A DNA stretch of 64,000 nt, from the IMG/VR virus record IMGVR_UViG_2630968627_000001, positions 1 to 64,000 of that record; one strand, 5' to 3'. A model generated the notes under the pieces. The model worked only from the letters and a program-made list of their open reading frames with translations. It had not been told where the DNA came from and did not search any database. Below, one piece after another: positions 1 to 9,392 of the stretch; position 1 is the first letter of the stretch, and every line of letters begins with the position of its first letter. Made by a program: the position numbers and the translations under genes. The DNA is from a virus (lineage: Duplodnaviria > Caudoviricetes).

Positions 1-2
1 AA

Positions 3-185
3 GGCTTGCAGGTTAGCTCCCGATACTGGGCGGCCAGTAATCAGAAAATGCTTGATCTTGCTAACTGGCTTGCGAACTGTCTTTGTTGCCGTGGCTTTTT
101 TGGCGGCTGGTTTTGCAGCAGCGCGTTTGCGGGTTTCCTGAGCCGTGACGGTTTGCTGGACTTGGGAGGCGATTGCGTTTGTCAT
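3..185 (-). CDS. Ala/Lys-rich basic early protein, runs off the window edge
   Basis: ATG at 185 after the conserved leader; reads MTNAIASQVQQTVTAQETRKRAAAKPAAKKATATKTVRKP; not in the ORF track. Confidence 0.7.
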   Translation of the reverse strand, partial: MTNAIASQVQQTVTAQETRKRAAAKPAAKKATATKTVRKPVSKIKHFLITGRPVSGANLQA

Positions 186-246
186 GATGTATCCCCTATA
201 TGGATTTGGTTGAATGGCCTAGTTGAATTACTCAAGCCATGTATGA

Positions 247-310
247 ATTTTATACAGCCTTTGTTTGTAATGCAAGACTTTTTTATGTTTTTGTGCATTT
301 ATTTTTATCG
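247..310 (-). promoter_or_regulatory. Sigma70-type promoter with A-rich UP element
   Basis: Minus strand TTGCAT-17bp-TAAAAT (275..247), preceded by A tracts. Confidence 0.7.
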
Positions 311-466
311 GGGTTTTTCCTATGCGATTTTTCCCCTTTTCTGGTTTCAGTGTGCTATAACCGCGCCCGTCGCGCCCGCCCGCATTTTCCTTTTAGAGGG
401 GTGGCCGGCCTCACGGCACCAGGCCGCCAGGACAGCCAACACCACCACTAGGATAGTCATTAATGG

Positions 467-479
467 CACATGCCGACAC
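467..479. repeat. CACATGCCGACAC motif; other copies at 1911, 2106, 14402, 14429 and partial at 14459
   Basis: Identical 13-mer read directly at five positions. Confidence 0.85.
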
Positions 480-550
480 CACAGCAGGGTAGGAGAGATC
501 CACCACCACTATCACGCAGACGGGGCGGCCCACAATCGGGCCACTTACTT

Positions 551-874
551 TTATTCCCCCACCCAGAACCCACAATACGCCATGTTCTTCACGATAACGG
601 CGCTGCACAGGTCATAGCCTTCATCACGGGATGTGGGGGCGCACAGGATGTTGTCGGACTCACTGTAGACCTCCCACCCGGTCTGCGCTTGGGCGGCCAC
701 CATGTGATCCCAGTCCACAAACTTCACTGTGAATTCGTGCATCACTTCAACGCTGTGTACACCGCCAATTTCCAGACGATTACCACCGGCCTCTTCGGCG
801 TGTTTGTTCTGTTCCTGTTCCGTGGCGTCTTTCGGGTAGGGGTGGGGGTAGCCATTGCGTAGAATGAGTTTCAT
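551..874 (-). CDS. Hypothetical early protein
   Basis: ORF with AAGGAG RBS, same strand as neighbours. Confidence 0.7.
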   Translation of the reverse strand: MKLILRNGYPHPYPKDATEQEQNKHAEEAGGNRLEIGGVHSVEVMHEFTVKFVDWDHMVAAQAQTGWEVYSESDNILCAPTSRDEGYDLCSAVIVKNMAYCGFWVGE

Positions 875-923
875 GTGTGTATCTCCTTAGAGGGGCCCGC
901 AGGCCCGTTGTGTGGTTGATTGA

Positions 924-1283
924 TTAGCAGAGTGCGCAGGCCATCTTAAAGCCGCGCTCCATGATCTTTTCCATGCGTTCGCCCAGTGTGTAATCAGCGA
1001 TGACGTCCGCCCCGTTACTGCCATTGCCGTAGATGAAGGCGACGGTTCCGACGTACTCCCCCGTTGCAGCGTCCCGGATCTTCAGGTTATCGCTACCTGT
1101 GGCCATGATCGCGCCCATTACGTGAGTGATTTTGTCGGAGCGTTTAATCATCCATTCTTCGCCATCGTGGACGCTGATGACGCAGCCGTCTGCAATCGCG
1201 TCTTTGACGATAGCGCGAACAATGCGGCGCTCGTTCTGGAATGCCTTAGATACCTGTGGTTTGGTTGCGGTTGCCATGTTCAT
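924..1283 (-). CDS. Conserved-looking phage hypothetical protein
   Basis: Follows promoter-leader cassette; VHDGEEW and IYGNG...VIADYT motifs. Confidence 0.75.
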   Translation of the reverse strand: MNMATATKPQVSKAFQNERRIVRAIVKDAIADGCVISVHDGEEWMIKRSDKITHVMGAIMATGSDNLKIRDAATGEYVGTVAFIYGNGSNGADVIADYTLGERMEKIMERGFKMACALC

Positions 1284-1337
1284 TTGCGTATCCCCTATAT
1301 GGGTTTGGTTGGAGTGACTTAACTATAGCCCGTTTCG

Positions 1338-1351
1338 TGCAATCGATTGCA
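1338..1351. promoter_or_regulatory. Palindromic operator-like site TGCAATCGATTGCA (first of at least 14 exact copies)
   Basis: Exact copies at 1338, 1722, 2701, 4304, 8731, 10906, 11953, 14149, 18729, 26687, 32251, 39554, 50408, 58304; one-mismatch copies at 3834, 45228, 48934, 55037. Confidence 0.9.
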
Positions 1352-1427
1352 AGACACTTGATCGGGCGGGGCGGCCACCACCGTCACAGATCCGGTAAAG
1401 AGAACAAGGGGCACAAGGCCCCCGGTA

Positions 1428-1670
1428 CTATGGACGAGAGAGACGCTCACCGAGCTTCTGTGTTTCCACATTGTCCGACAACATGTATTCCAGCGAAGGA
1501 ACCACCCATGTATCCAAGTAGAGACGTCCGACAACTTCGTACCCTTTCGAGTTAAGCAAGGCCACCGCGTCTTTTACCTCTTGGATATGACTGGTGATAT
1601 GCGATCCAAGGTTATCGGCCTTCAGGCGCTCGATTTGGTTCTCTACGATGCGACGTTGGCGCTGATTCAT
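1428..1670 (-). CDS. Hypothetical early protein
   Basis: ATG directly after a leader cassette. Confidence 0.65.
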   Translation of the reverse strand: MNQRQRRIVENQIERLKADNLGSHITSHIQEVKDAVALLNSKGYEVVGRLYLDTWVVPSLEYMLSDNVETQKLGERLSRP

Positions 1671-1759
1671 GATGTACCCCTATATAGGTTTGTGTGATTG
1701 GCTCTAATGTAACCCGTCCCGTGCAATCGATTGCAAACACAGGATCAAGATGGGGCGGT

Positions 1760-2550
1760 CACTGTTATTCCCTATATACACATAGAGAGGAGTACACCAC
1801 CACTACCACCACTCACGAGCACCACGCCCCACCACTATGCACCACCACGCCCACTACCATCCCCACATATACACATAGGGCTACACCACCACGCGACTAG
1901 TTATGGGGGACACATGCCGACACCACGAATAGGGGGCGTGTATTCAATTGCACCATATACACATATAGCGATGATTAGCTGGGGTGGATCCACCATTAGC
2001 TTCACGTAGCTATCCTTTATCTCCCTGTATACACATATAAGAGAGCAATAGCATTACAAGCACTGCACGGGGCGGCGTACACCACCACATAGTAGTTATG
2101 AGAGGCACATGCCGACACGTAGGGGCGGGGCGCGTAGACACATGTTCACCATAGACACAGTATTACTATAGCCACCACCAAAAACTTGTGTGTCCACCAT
2201 CACGAGACAGTAAACCGGGATAATTGAAAACACAAGGTAGGACGTAATGGCACTAATAGGTATATAGGGTAATAGGGCTTATGTGTATATGAGTGTATAT
2301 ATGGGTATTGTTTAGGCCGCCCCGAAGTTAAGCCCGCCCCGTCCTGATTGATCCCTTTATGGCTTGTCGTGTGTATACGTGGATAAAGGGGATAGGTGTA
2401 TACGTGCTTATGGGTGTATCCGTGTACGTGATCCTATCGGGTGGTATGTGTGTATATGGGTACTAGGTGTATATCGTGTTTAAGGCCGCCCCCGGTTTGT
2501 GTGTGGATACGTGCCTGGGTGAATAGGGGCATATAAGGGGGTATGGTAAG
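1760..2550. repeat. Non-coding block of TATACACATA / ACCACCAC repeats with mirrored composition
   Basis: Left half is C/A-rich (TATACACATA, ACCACCAC); right half is G/T-rich (TATGTGTATA-like); no credible ORF. Confidence 0.7.
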
Positions 2551-2580
2551 GGGATGATCTGGGCCGCCCGCTGCTGGACG

Positions 2581-2605
2581 AAAGAAAGCCCCTGCAATGA
2601 GGGGC
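2581..2605 (-). terminator. Intrinsic terminator
   Basis: GCCCCT..AGGGGC stem followed by TTTCTTT on the minus strand, just after the 2611 stop. Confidence 0.7.
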
Positions 2606-2610
2606 CCTGT

Positions 2611-3003
2611 TTAAGACGTGACGCAAACCAATGCGGCTATGACTTCGGCAATGGGTGCATCCTTATTCCCTACTGTGGGATGATCTACCGCCCGCCCTTT
2701 TGCAATCGATTGCAGCGCATCAATGTAAATCAGGCGATGGCCATAATTGCGCGGCAGGTTTTGGATCAGTTGCGTCACTCGCTCCTTTTGAGTCTCATTA
2801 ATGGGTTCCCATTGTACCGGAGCAGGCCGCCCCGGCGTTATGTCCTTGTACGTCATATCGATAAGGTTGATCCGATACTGCCCGATCAAGGGCAGGCCCG
2901 AATAGATAGACTTGGGTGTACCCGGCGGCTTTTGCTGCAATAACAATTCCCCCGTTTCATCCAAGTACACCATCTCGGTTCCCGGTAAAGGTTCCATTCT
3001 CAT
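2611..3003 (-). CDS. Hypothetical protein
   Basis: ATGA overlap with the upstream gene; ends before a terminator. Confidence 0.65.
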   Translation of the reverse strand: MRMEPLPGTEMVYLDETGELLLQQKPPGTPKSIYSGLPLIGQYRINLIDMTYKDITPGRPAPVQWEPINETQKERVTQLIQNLPRNYGHRLIYIDALQSIAKGRAVDHPTVGNKDAPIAEVIAALVCVTS

Positions 3004-3785
3004 TCCTCACAATAGATGGCTGGGTCGGACTTAACGCGACTAGGTGAAGCAGGGCGGCGCTTTTGTTCCTTCTGCCACAGTTCCCAGTCTTTCTGGTACG
3101 CGGCAAGGACGGTTTCATCGTCAGGCTCTTCCGCCCACAGCTCCAGTTTCAAGTCCGATCCGCGCACCAGGCGGCGTACCTTCTCTTCAATAGACTTCAC
3201 GGCGGCGATGGTTTCGCGTGTCTCGGAGTACGTCAAGTCCTCACACATCTCCTTGGCGAATTCATCCTCGGTGCTGTACCACTCGAACGTCATAGCCTCC
3301 GTGTAAAGATTGTTCAACATATGCGCGGCGCATGGTGGCATGGCGCGGGCGTCCAGATTGATAGCACCGTGTGTCAGCTTCAATAGCTGTTCACCGTGCT
3401 TGCCCGGATCTTCCATGCTGTACACGTATTGCTTGCCCATCCCGTAGCCCAGTTGCGGCACCTTATTGGTGTCCATTGCGTATCGGCGTACTTCTGGCTC
3501 CACGACGACCAGTTCACCTATCTCTGGTTTACGCCAAGGCATTGCCCGCCCCGCGCTTACTCCCACCGCCCTGGCCTTCAGGTGCTCGTAGATATGGGCA
3601 GCACCATTACTGGTCTCGAACTGCTCCACTACGCCTGTCTGTTTGTTGGTGATGGTAACCAGCCAGCCGAAGCTGATATGCGCCACCTTGCCGTTCTTAG
3701 CCATGCGCACCTGGCGCAACGGATCGCGGGTGAATTCAAACCCGAAGCTGTTTGTCAGAATGGTGTTTTGGTCTTTGAGTTTCAT
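3000..3785 (-). CDS. Hypothetical early protein, 261 aa
   Basis: ATG after leader cassette; long ORF. Confidence 0.75.
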   Translation of the reverse strand: MKLKDQNTILTNSFGFEFTRDPLRQVRMAKNGKVAHISFGWLVTITNKQTGVVEQFETSNGAAHIYEHLKARAVGVSAGRAMPWRKPEIGELVVVEPEVRRYAMDTNKVPQLGYGMGKQYVYSMEDPGKHGEQLLKLTHGAINLDARAMPPCAAHMLNNLYTEAMTFEWYSTEDEFAKEMCEDLTYSETRETIAAVKSIEEKVRRLVRGSDLKLELWAEEPDDETVLAAYQKDWELWQKEQKRRPASPSRVKSDPAIYCEE

Positions 3786-3856
3786 GTTAGGCCCCTATAT
3801 GGCTTTGGTTGACTTGTATCTATTGTAGCGCGGTGCAGTCGATTGCAAACCGCCAC

Positions 3857-4255
3857 TTATGCAGGGTAGATGTCCGTGATCGATACAACGTGGACGAACA
3901 TACCGCCCTCCACAATTACCGTTTTCATGCCATTCGTCACCTTTGTGACCTTAGCCACCTTGGGAACGCCCCAGGACTCCCAGCGGATCGTATCGCCCAC
4001 CTTGATGGTGTTGCTGGGGCAGTCGTCGGATGGACACACGGCGGACAAGACACCATCGTCAAAGACGCGCCCGCAATGACGGCATTCGTGCCACTTGCGT
4101 ACGTCCGGCCCAGCATGGCGTTTGCTATCTTCCACTATCATGCGAATCAGCGCCGCCGCCTCGTCCTCCTGTTTGCCCGTTAAACCGGCGTGGTCACCAT
4201 CCAGGTACGTGGCGACGTTCAACAACAAATCGGATTGGTGTTTATTCAGCTTCAT
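3857..4255 (-). CDS. Hypothetical protein with CxxC..CxxxxC motif
   Basis: ATG after leader; CRHCG and CPSDDC. Confidence 0.7.
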   Translation of the reverse strand: MKLNKHQSDLLLNVATYLDGDHAGLTGKQEDEAAALIRMIVEDSKRHAGPDVRKWHECRHCGRVFDDGVLSAVCPSDDCPSNTIKVGDTIRWESWGVPKVAKVTKVTNGMKTVIVEGGMFVHVVSITDIYPA

Positions 4256-4520
4256 TTGATCCCTCTATCTGGGTTTGGTTTGATTGGTTCCATTATAGGT
4301 CTGTGCAATCGATTGCAAAGCCCTCACTGCGTCGCTTTGAGTAGGCGCGTAATGAGCTTGTCGGTAATGGCCACCGCGTTGTAGATGTCCACGGCGGTCG
4401 ATATGTCGTAAAGGCCCGCCCGTCTGTCTTTTCTGATCTGCTCGTCCACCTTGAATACCACCATGTTGTCGGTGATGAATGAGCCTTTCATCCACGGGAA
4501 CAGTTCGTCCCTCCTTGCCA

Positions 4521-4757
4521 TTACCCCTCCTTCACAAGATACAGACGCTCGTAGTACGCCACGTTGTTCTTGTCCCATAGGCGCACGGATAGGGTTCTTT
4601 TCCCTTGTCGTGCTTTGGTGCTAGTGATCCGCCCGCTAGTGCCGAAAACAAGCGCAAGGGCTTGCGTATCGGCTTCGGTGGCCTTTGCCGCGTCTACCGT
4701 CCCCCGATACTGCCAACGGTGCAGCAAAGCGGCCATATGGTAAACGCGGTATTTCAT
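4521..4757 (-). CDS. Hypothetical protein
   Basis: Tightly packed between same-strand ORFs. Confidence 0.55.
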   Translation of the reverse strand: MKYRVYHMAALLHRWQYRGTVDAAKATEADTQALALVFGTSGRITSTKARQGKRTLSVRLWDKNNVAYYERLYLVKEG

Positions 4758-4759
4758 GG

Positions 4760-5179
4760 TCAGCCCCGTATGGCTTCAGCCGCTTTATTGATGCGCGGGA
4801 ACAAGCGGAATTCATCCGCAATCATTGCATTGCGGTCTGACTGATTCGCCCATTTGCGCACCGCCTCGTCCAAGAAGTGATTGACGGCCTGTACACGGGA
4901 CGGGTCAGTGCTGGGGCTTCCAGTGGGCAGCTTCTCGAAGCACAGCATGCCTTGCAGCTCGTCCATGTCGTCCAGAATACACAGGGCGAACAGTACGCGG
5001 AATGCGTCCGGCATCTTTACACCGGCCATGGTGGCCACCAGGTCCAAGGGAACCAAAGGCATCTGCGAACCCAGTGCTGCTGTCACATGTTTACGGAAAT
5101 CATCAGGCCCGACGGTAACGCGCATCAGGGATTCTACACGGGTGGCCATCGGTAGTGGCACGGATTGGTATGTGGTCAT
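4760..5179 (-). CDS. Hypothetical protein
   Basis: AAGGA RBS; tight packing. Confidence 0.65.
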   Translation of the reverse strand: MTTYQSVPLPMATRVESLMRVTVGPDDFRKHVTAALGSQMPLVPLDLVATMAGVKMPDAFRVLFALCILDDMDELQGMLCFEKLPTGSPSTDPSRVQAVNHFLDEAVRKWANQSDRNAMIADEFRLFPRINKAAEAIRG

Positions 5180-5216
5180 GTTGTTCCTTTTTTTCGGGTT
5201 TCCACCCTTAATAGAG

Positions 5217-5564
5217 TTATGCTGGTCGTGCCACGCGGCGTCGGGTTGATTGTGGGCGGTTTAGTGGGACAATCAACTCACGCTCTCGCGTGGGGTTCAA
5301 TTGGATAAAACGGGCTGTGCCTTTGGTAAGCCAGTCTACCCCAGCAGGCGTCAGTTCCCAGTAATCCACCTGGCCGTCATGGCGTACCTTGGCGTACCCT
5401 TCACGGGTCAGGTACTTGATGGCGTTCACACCAATCTCGCCTCGTGCTTCGATAACCGCCCGACGGCGGAAACCACCGGGCGTAGCAAAGCAATTCCACA
5501 GGTCGATCTTCGTGCAAGGGTCGTCTCGCGTGAACACCTTGACCGGCTTTGCAATCAATTTCAT
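5217..5564 (-). CDS. Hypothetical protein, possible winged helix
   Basis: Abuts upstream stop; AIKYLTREGY..WELTPAG resembles a wHTH wing. Confidence 0.6.
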   Translation of the reverse strand: MKLIAKPVKVFTRDDPCTKIDLWNCFATPGGFRRRAVIEARGEIGVNAIKYLTREGYAKVRHDGQVDYWELTPAGVDWLTKGTARFIQLNPTRERELIVPLNRPQSTRRRVARPA

Positions 5565-6254
5565 TTATGCCTCCAGTGCGTCACTGTAGTCGATGTCCGA
5601 AAACTCGTCGGCCAGTCTCTCCAGTGTTGTTCGGATAGTGTTCACCAGGATAGGGACTTCACCCCGGATATTCGGGAAGCATTTGTGGTTTCGCAGAACG
5701 ATGCACTCACGAAGTCGCGCCCTGCTCTCACTAACCTCTTCGGCCAATACTCTGGCCTCTTGGTCACGCCTGTGGTACTCCGTTTCCTCCTCAGCCACTC
5801 GCTGCGCCAAACTATCAGCGCGATACACAGCAGTGCGCTCGTCGTCGTACAGCTCGGAGTAGTACACACGCTCCCCGCTGTCCTTCTCGTAGTGCCCCAC
5901 CAGGAACCGTCCGTGTGGCAACCGCACAATGAGTCCTCGGATCACGTTATCCTGCCAAGTATCCGCAAACCACCCGGTATGGTCGATACGGGCTTCCTCG
6001 GACTCGTCCACGAAGATCTCACGCTCGAAGGCTGGGCCAGCATGGCAGTACCACCGTGGAGCGCCCTTCCCTTCCGTTGGACTCAGTTCGCACCGAGACT
6101 CACGGTGGTTATGAAACCCGCAGTGACGTACGTCACGCCAAGTAGCGTTACCGGGCATGGTTGGGTGCCGCTGGTTCAATTCGTCCGCCCGCTTGCGCAG
6201 CATAGCCAGACGGCGTTTGGCACCGAGTCGAATGTCTGTGTAGTGTAGTTTCAT
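5565..6254 (-). CDS. Phage hypothetical protein
   Basis: ATG after leader; GWFADTW...LPHGRFLVG. Confidence 0.75.
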   Translation of the reverse strand: MKLHYTDIRLGAKRRLAMLRKRADELNQRHPTMPGNATWRDVRHCGFHNHRESRCELSPTEGKGAPRWYCHAGPAFEREIFVDESEEARIDHTGWFADTWQDNVIRGLIVRLPHGRFLVGHYEKDSGERVYYSELYDDERTAVYRADSLAQRVAEEETEYHRRDQEARVLAEEVSESRARLRECIVLRNHKCFPNIRGEVPILVNTIRTTLERLADEFSDIDYSDALEA

Positions 6255-6326
6255 GGTTGCCTCTCTATGGCTGTGGTTTGATGCTTTCAGTATAGCAGGA
6301 TTTAGCCGTCCCGCCCCGGCACATAA

Positions 6327-6719
6327 TCAGTTGTCGGATACGAAGAAGATGTGAATGCCACTCTCCACTTCAGTGAAGTCCTGTTTCATGTTCTCCGCCC
6401 ACTCGGCCCAGTCCACGTATTCCACCAGAGGGTTGTCCTTGTCCACATAGCCACACTCTTGTGCATACTCTCGTGCGTAGTCCTCAAAGTGGTTACCAGC
6501 TACGATGTTTGCCGGGACGTACCCGCTGCAATGGTCGTACAGGTCTTGCACTACGTCGGCCTCTTCTTCGGTGTACCCCAGTTCACTTAGATAGTCGTGC
6601 CGGTCTTGTTCGTCATTCTCTTCGTAATCCCACACGCCCTCGTCTTCCATGTTACGGAAAAGGTCGATCAGGTCTTGCCCGGTGAACGATTGGACACTGA
6701 ACAGTTGTTCGATTTTCAT
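6327..6719 (-). CDS. Acidic ArdA-like antirestriction / DNA-mimic protein (paralog 2)
   Basis: Very D/E-rich; FEDYAREYA...YVDWAEWA resembles the ArdA C-terminal motif. Confidence 0.55.
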   Translation of the reverse strand: MKIEQLFSVQSFTGQDLIDLFRNMEDEGVWDYEENDEQDRHDYLSELGYTEEEADVVQDLYDHCSGYVPANIVAGNHFEDYAREYAQECGYVDKDNPLVEYVDWAEWAENMKQDFTEVESGIHIFFVSDN

Positions 6720-6728
6720 GACGGCTCC

Positions 6729-7121
6729 TTAATGCACACGGACTTGAAAGTTACGCTCTGGGGTGTCCAGCTCGTGATAGTCACGTCCCACCGAGACGGC
6801 GTACTCTTCCCAGTCAACGTGGTCATACACTGGGCTGTCTTTCTGCACAAACCCGAGATCGACCGCCTGCTGGCACGCATAGTCCTCAAAGTGATCGCTG
6901 GCGACGATAGTAGCACCGTGGTAATGCTTCACCTCGTTGTAGAGTGCCTTGATGCTATCGACTTCGTCCACGGTGTAGCCCAGATCGTCCAGGTAGTCCT
7001 CACGGCTCTGTCCGGTCTGTTCGCTCCACTCCCATGCGCCTTCCTGTTCCATAGCATCGTGCAGTCGAACGATGTCATCCTTGTTAAACACGTTCTGGTT
7101 CAATAGTTGTTCTGGTGTCAT
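6729..7121 (-). CDS. Acidic ArdA-like antirestriction / DNA-mimic protein (paralog 1)
   Basis: Start MTPEQ follows leader; 130 aa, aligns end to end with 6327..6719. Confidence 0.55.
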   Translation of the reverse strand: MTPEQLLNQNVFNKDDIVRLHDAMEQEGAWEWSEQTGQSREDYLDDLGYTVDEVDSIKALYNEVKHYHGATIVASDHFEDYACQQAVDLGFVQKDSPVYDHVDWEEYAVSVGRDYHELDTPERNFQVRVH

Positions 7122-7194
7122 ATGTAGCCCCTTTGTGGCATTGGTTGAAAGTGATTCTATTATAGCCCGCCCCCAGAATAAGGGGCAGACACAG

Positions 7195-7335
7195 TAATCG
7201 TGTTTGTCCGGCTCTCTGTGCCGTTTGTTCCCGTAGCCAGCCACCGGGCGCTTGCAAGGTGTCGAACCTATGAGGCGGGATATTCTGAGTACCCTATAAA
7301 GTTAGCGTACACAGAGGGCCGGACAAACACGATTA
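7195..7335. repeat. 26-bp inverted repeat (one mismatch) enclosing 89 nt
   Basis: TAATCGTGTTTGTCCGGCTCTCTGTG at 7195-7220 versus CACAGAGGGCCGGACAAACACGATTA at 7310-7335. Confidence 0.9.
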
Positions 7336-7668
7336 GGTGAAGTACCGCCCGATAAAGGGCGGCAGGTCTTTTACGCGGATCACCCAGAAGTCCCAGAGGC
7401 GGGATTCATTTTCACCGCTTGCGTCGGTCGCCAGACCAAAGACCACTCGGCCTGGCTCGACTTCATCCATGTATAGGTACGCGGTCTCACCGCGCTGTAC
7501 CCCCAGAGAACGGATTATTGGAAAAATAACGGCAGGTACTTGCACCTGAACCTTCCCTACCTGGCGGCCCGCCCGCGTCAGCTCCAGACTGTTGCGGATG
7601 TTCACGTATGAACGGATAGCAACGTCGGGCTTCAGCTTGAACAGTGGCTTGTCGAACACGGTTATCAT
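7333..7668 (-). CDS. Hypothetical protein
   Basis: ORF with ATG start on the coding strand. Confidence 0.55.
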   Translation of the reverse strand: MITVFDKPLFKLKPDVAIRSYVNIRNSLELTRAGRQVGKVQVQVPAVIFPIIRSLGVQRGETAYLYMDEVEPGRVVFGLATDASGENESRLWDFWVIRVKDLPPFIGRYFT

Positions 7669-7769
7669 ACTTCGTATCCAATGCGGTGTTTAGGTGGAAA
7701 AGCATAAAAGCAAGGTATGCCGCTATTGCAATCTTTACCAGTGCGATTAGCTGCAATATAGCCCCCTTG

Positions 7770-8288
7770 TTAGCCTTGTTTGGCGTCCCCTATTGTAGCA
7801 GAATCCATAATGCGCCATACGCGCATACCCCCTGTTCGAGTCGATACCATGTACAAGGGCAGGCCGCCGCCGTGGTGCAGGCAGTATTCGATAGCTTCAC
7901 GACGTACGTCGAACTGATCTTGATACTTCCCTTCGGCCGTCCACGGATCCCCCAGCATGGCGTGATACTCGCCATCTCTCACTGTGTGAATCCAATACAC
8001 TTCGGTAGTCGGTGCCTTGTCACACAGGGGATGGGTCGTAGGGTCTGGGCAGTATTCCAGCTCTAAGCCTTCATCCGTGCGATTGGCCTGCATCCACTGC
8101 GCTCGCTTATGGTCGAACACGAAGATGGTTTTCAGCGCGGGCTTTCCGCAAGCCACCCGCTCCTGTACCGTCCACTGGATATGCTCCTTCACCTTGGCAA
8201 GGGAAGGAACCCGCATGGCGTCCGACACGAAATCGAAGAACATCTGGAAACGACACTTGGGATCCATTGAGAAATCGTCGCGCTCCAT
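7770..8288 (-). CDS. Hypothetical protein
   Basis: GGAGGT RBS; tight packing. Confidence 0.7.
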   Translation of the reverse strand: MERDDFSMDPKCRFQMFFDFVSDAMRVPSLAKVKEHIQWTVQERVACGKPALKTIFVFDHKRAQWMQANRTDEGLELEYCPDPTTHPLCDKAPTTEVYWIHTVRDGEYHAMLGDPWTAEGKYQDQFDVRREAIEYCLHHGGGLPLYMVSTRTGGMRVWRIMDSATIGDAKQG

Positions 8289-8289
8289 A

Positions 8290-8652
8290 TCACACCTCCG
8301 CGAATACTTGCGTCAGGCCACTGCGGGCTGCGATGTCTTGCGCCTTGGCCATGTAGCGATCATAGCGTGGGTCACCGTAGGTCAGGCCACGCGCTTTGCG
8401 CACCAGGCAGCGGATATGTTCGGCGCGAGCACCGGAAGTCTTCTTCTCGGACTTCACCTTCTGCTTTTCGTTGTGACTGTCCACCTTATACTTGATGGCG
8501 GCATTCCAGCCTTGCGCGAACGCCTTGTTCTGCCACGATCCTGTCTCCGGCAAGGTCTCGTCGCAGTTGATCGCCTGATACACAGAAACCTGGTGCATCG
8601 CCTTGGCGTGGCCGTCGTCAAAGTAGTCTTGCTTGTTCATACGCACAGTCAT
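8290..8652 (-). CDS. Hypothetical protein
   Basis: ATG after leader cassette. Confidence 0.7.
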   Translation of the reverse strand: MTVRMNKQDYFDDGHAKAMHQVSVYQAINCDETLPETGSWQNKAFAQGWNAAIKYKVDSHNEKQKVKSEKKTSGARAEHIRCLVRKARGLTYGDPRYDRYMAKAQDIAARSGLTQVFAEV

Positions 8653-8746
8653 GATGTTCCCCTATATGGGTTAAGTGAAAGAGTCTTTATTGTATGCCCG
8701 CCCCGTCCTTTAGGGGCGGACACATGCTCGTGCAATCGATTGCAAA

Positions 8747-8983
8747 TTAGGAAACGTGGATATTCAAATTATCCAGGGTGTCTTGCGGCACAGTCGGGGC
8801 GTCCTTGTATCCGGCCTTGTTGATGTGGCGCGATGTGGTTGCAGACCACTTCTTCTCCGTCTTCACCCGGCCAACTCCGGGCAGCAAGGCGGCCACCGGG
8901 GTTTCGTAGGAGAACACGACTTCGGTGCAGCCGTCTTTGGATTGAAGTGCCACTACGTTGGCTGCGATCTGTTTCAGTTTCAT
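8747..8983 (-). CDS. Small conserved phage protein (SYxTxVA...SxTTxRH type)
   Basis: FSYETPVAA and WSATTSRHINK motifs, recurrent in phage early regions. Confidence 0.7.
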   Translation of the reverse strand: MKLKQIAANVVALQSKDGCTEVVFSYETPVAALLPGVGRVKTEKKWSATTSRHINKAGYKDAPTVPQDTLDNLNIHVS

Positions 8984-8993
8984 TGCTTCACCT

Positions 8994-9392
8994 TTAGAAA
9001 AAAGAGCCTTTGAGTTTGCCTTGCGCTCCCAGCACGGCAACGTCTACGGCTTGTTCGAGTCGATCAAAGAGCACGGATTCGTCGCCCGTCTCTTCGTTCA
9101 CCAATCGGTAGAACTTTCCCCGGCAGGTGCCTACATTGTTCTGTACCACCAGGTACTTACCCTCCCGGTGGTGTACGCGGTACGTGTTCCCTTTGATGAT
9201 TACGGTCTGGGCTTTGGCGTCTCGCTCCTTTATGGCCTGATCCAGCGCCCGCAAACGGCCTTTATGTCGGCTCCCCCAGCTAAATCGGCCGTCGGCCGTT
9301 TTGCATTCAGCGTTTACGGGTGCATGACAGTAAGGACAAGGTACATCTGTTGGTCCACGCATATCAGCCTCCCCGTTTTTGGCTGGCCGCAA
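8994..9392 (-). CDS. Zn-ribbon protein
   Basis: CPYCHA..C...H motif; true start probably MRGPTD. Confidence 0.6.
   Translation of the reverse strand: MRPAKNGEADMRGPTDVPCPYCHAPVNAECKTADGRFSWGSRHKGRLRALDQAIKERDAKAQTVIIKGNTYRVHHREGKYLVVQNNVGTCRGKFYRLVNEETGDESVLFDRLEQAVDVAVLGAQGKLKGSFF

Noticed and set aside
6-617. 203-aa plus-strand ORF
   Set aside because: Antisense to a better minus-strand gene and runs through a T-rich promoter region; no RBS or recognisable motif
1694-2009. Short plus-strand ORFs rich in Thr/His/Pro
   Set aside because: Translation of the ACCACC and TATACAC repeats
5549-5562. Extra palindrome copies at about 5550, 11272 and 12042
   Set aside because: Two or more mismatches or half-sites only; not counted
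7255-7272. tRNA suggested by GGTTCGAC on the minus strand
   Set aside because: Only a 3-bp stem; no acceptor, D or anticodon arms could be built
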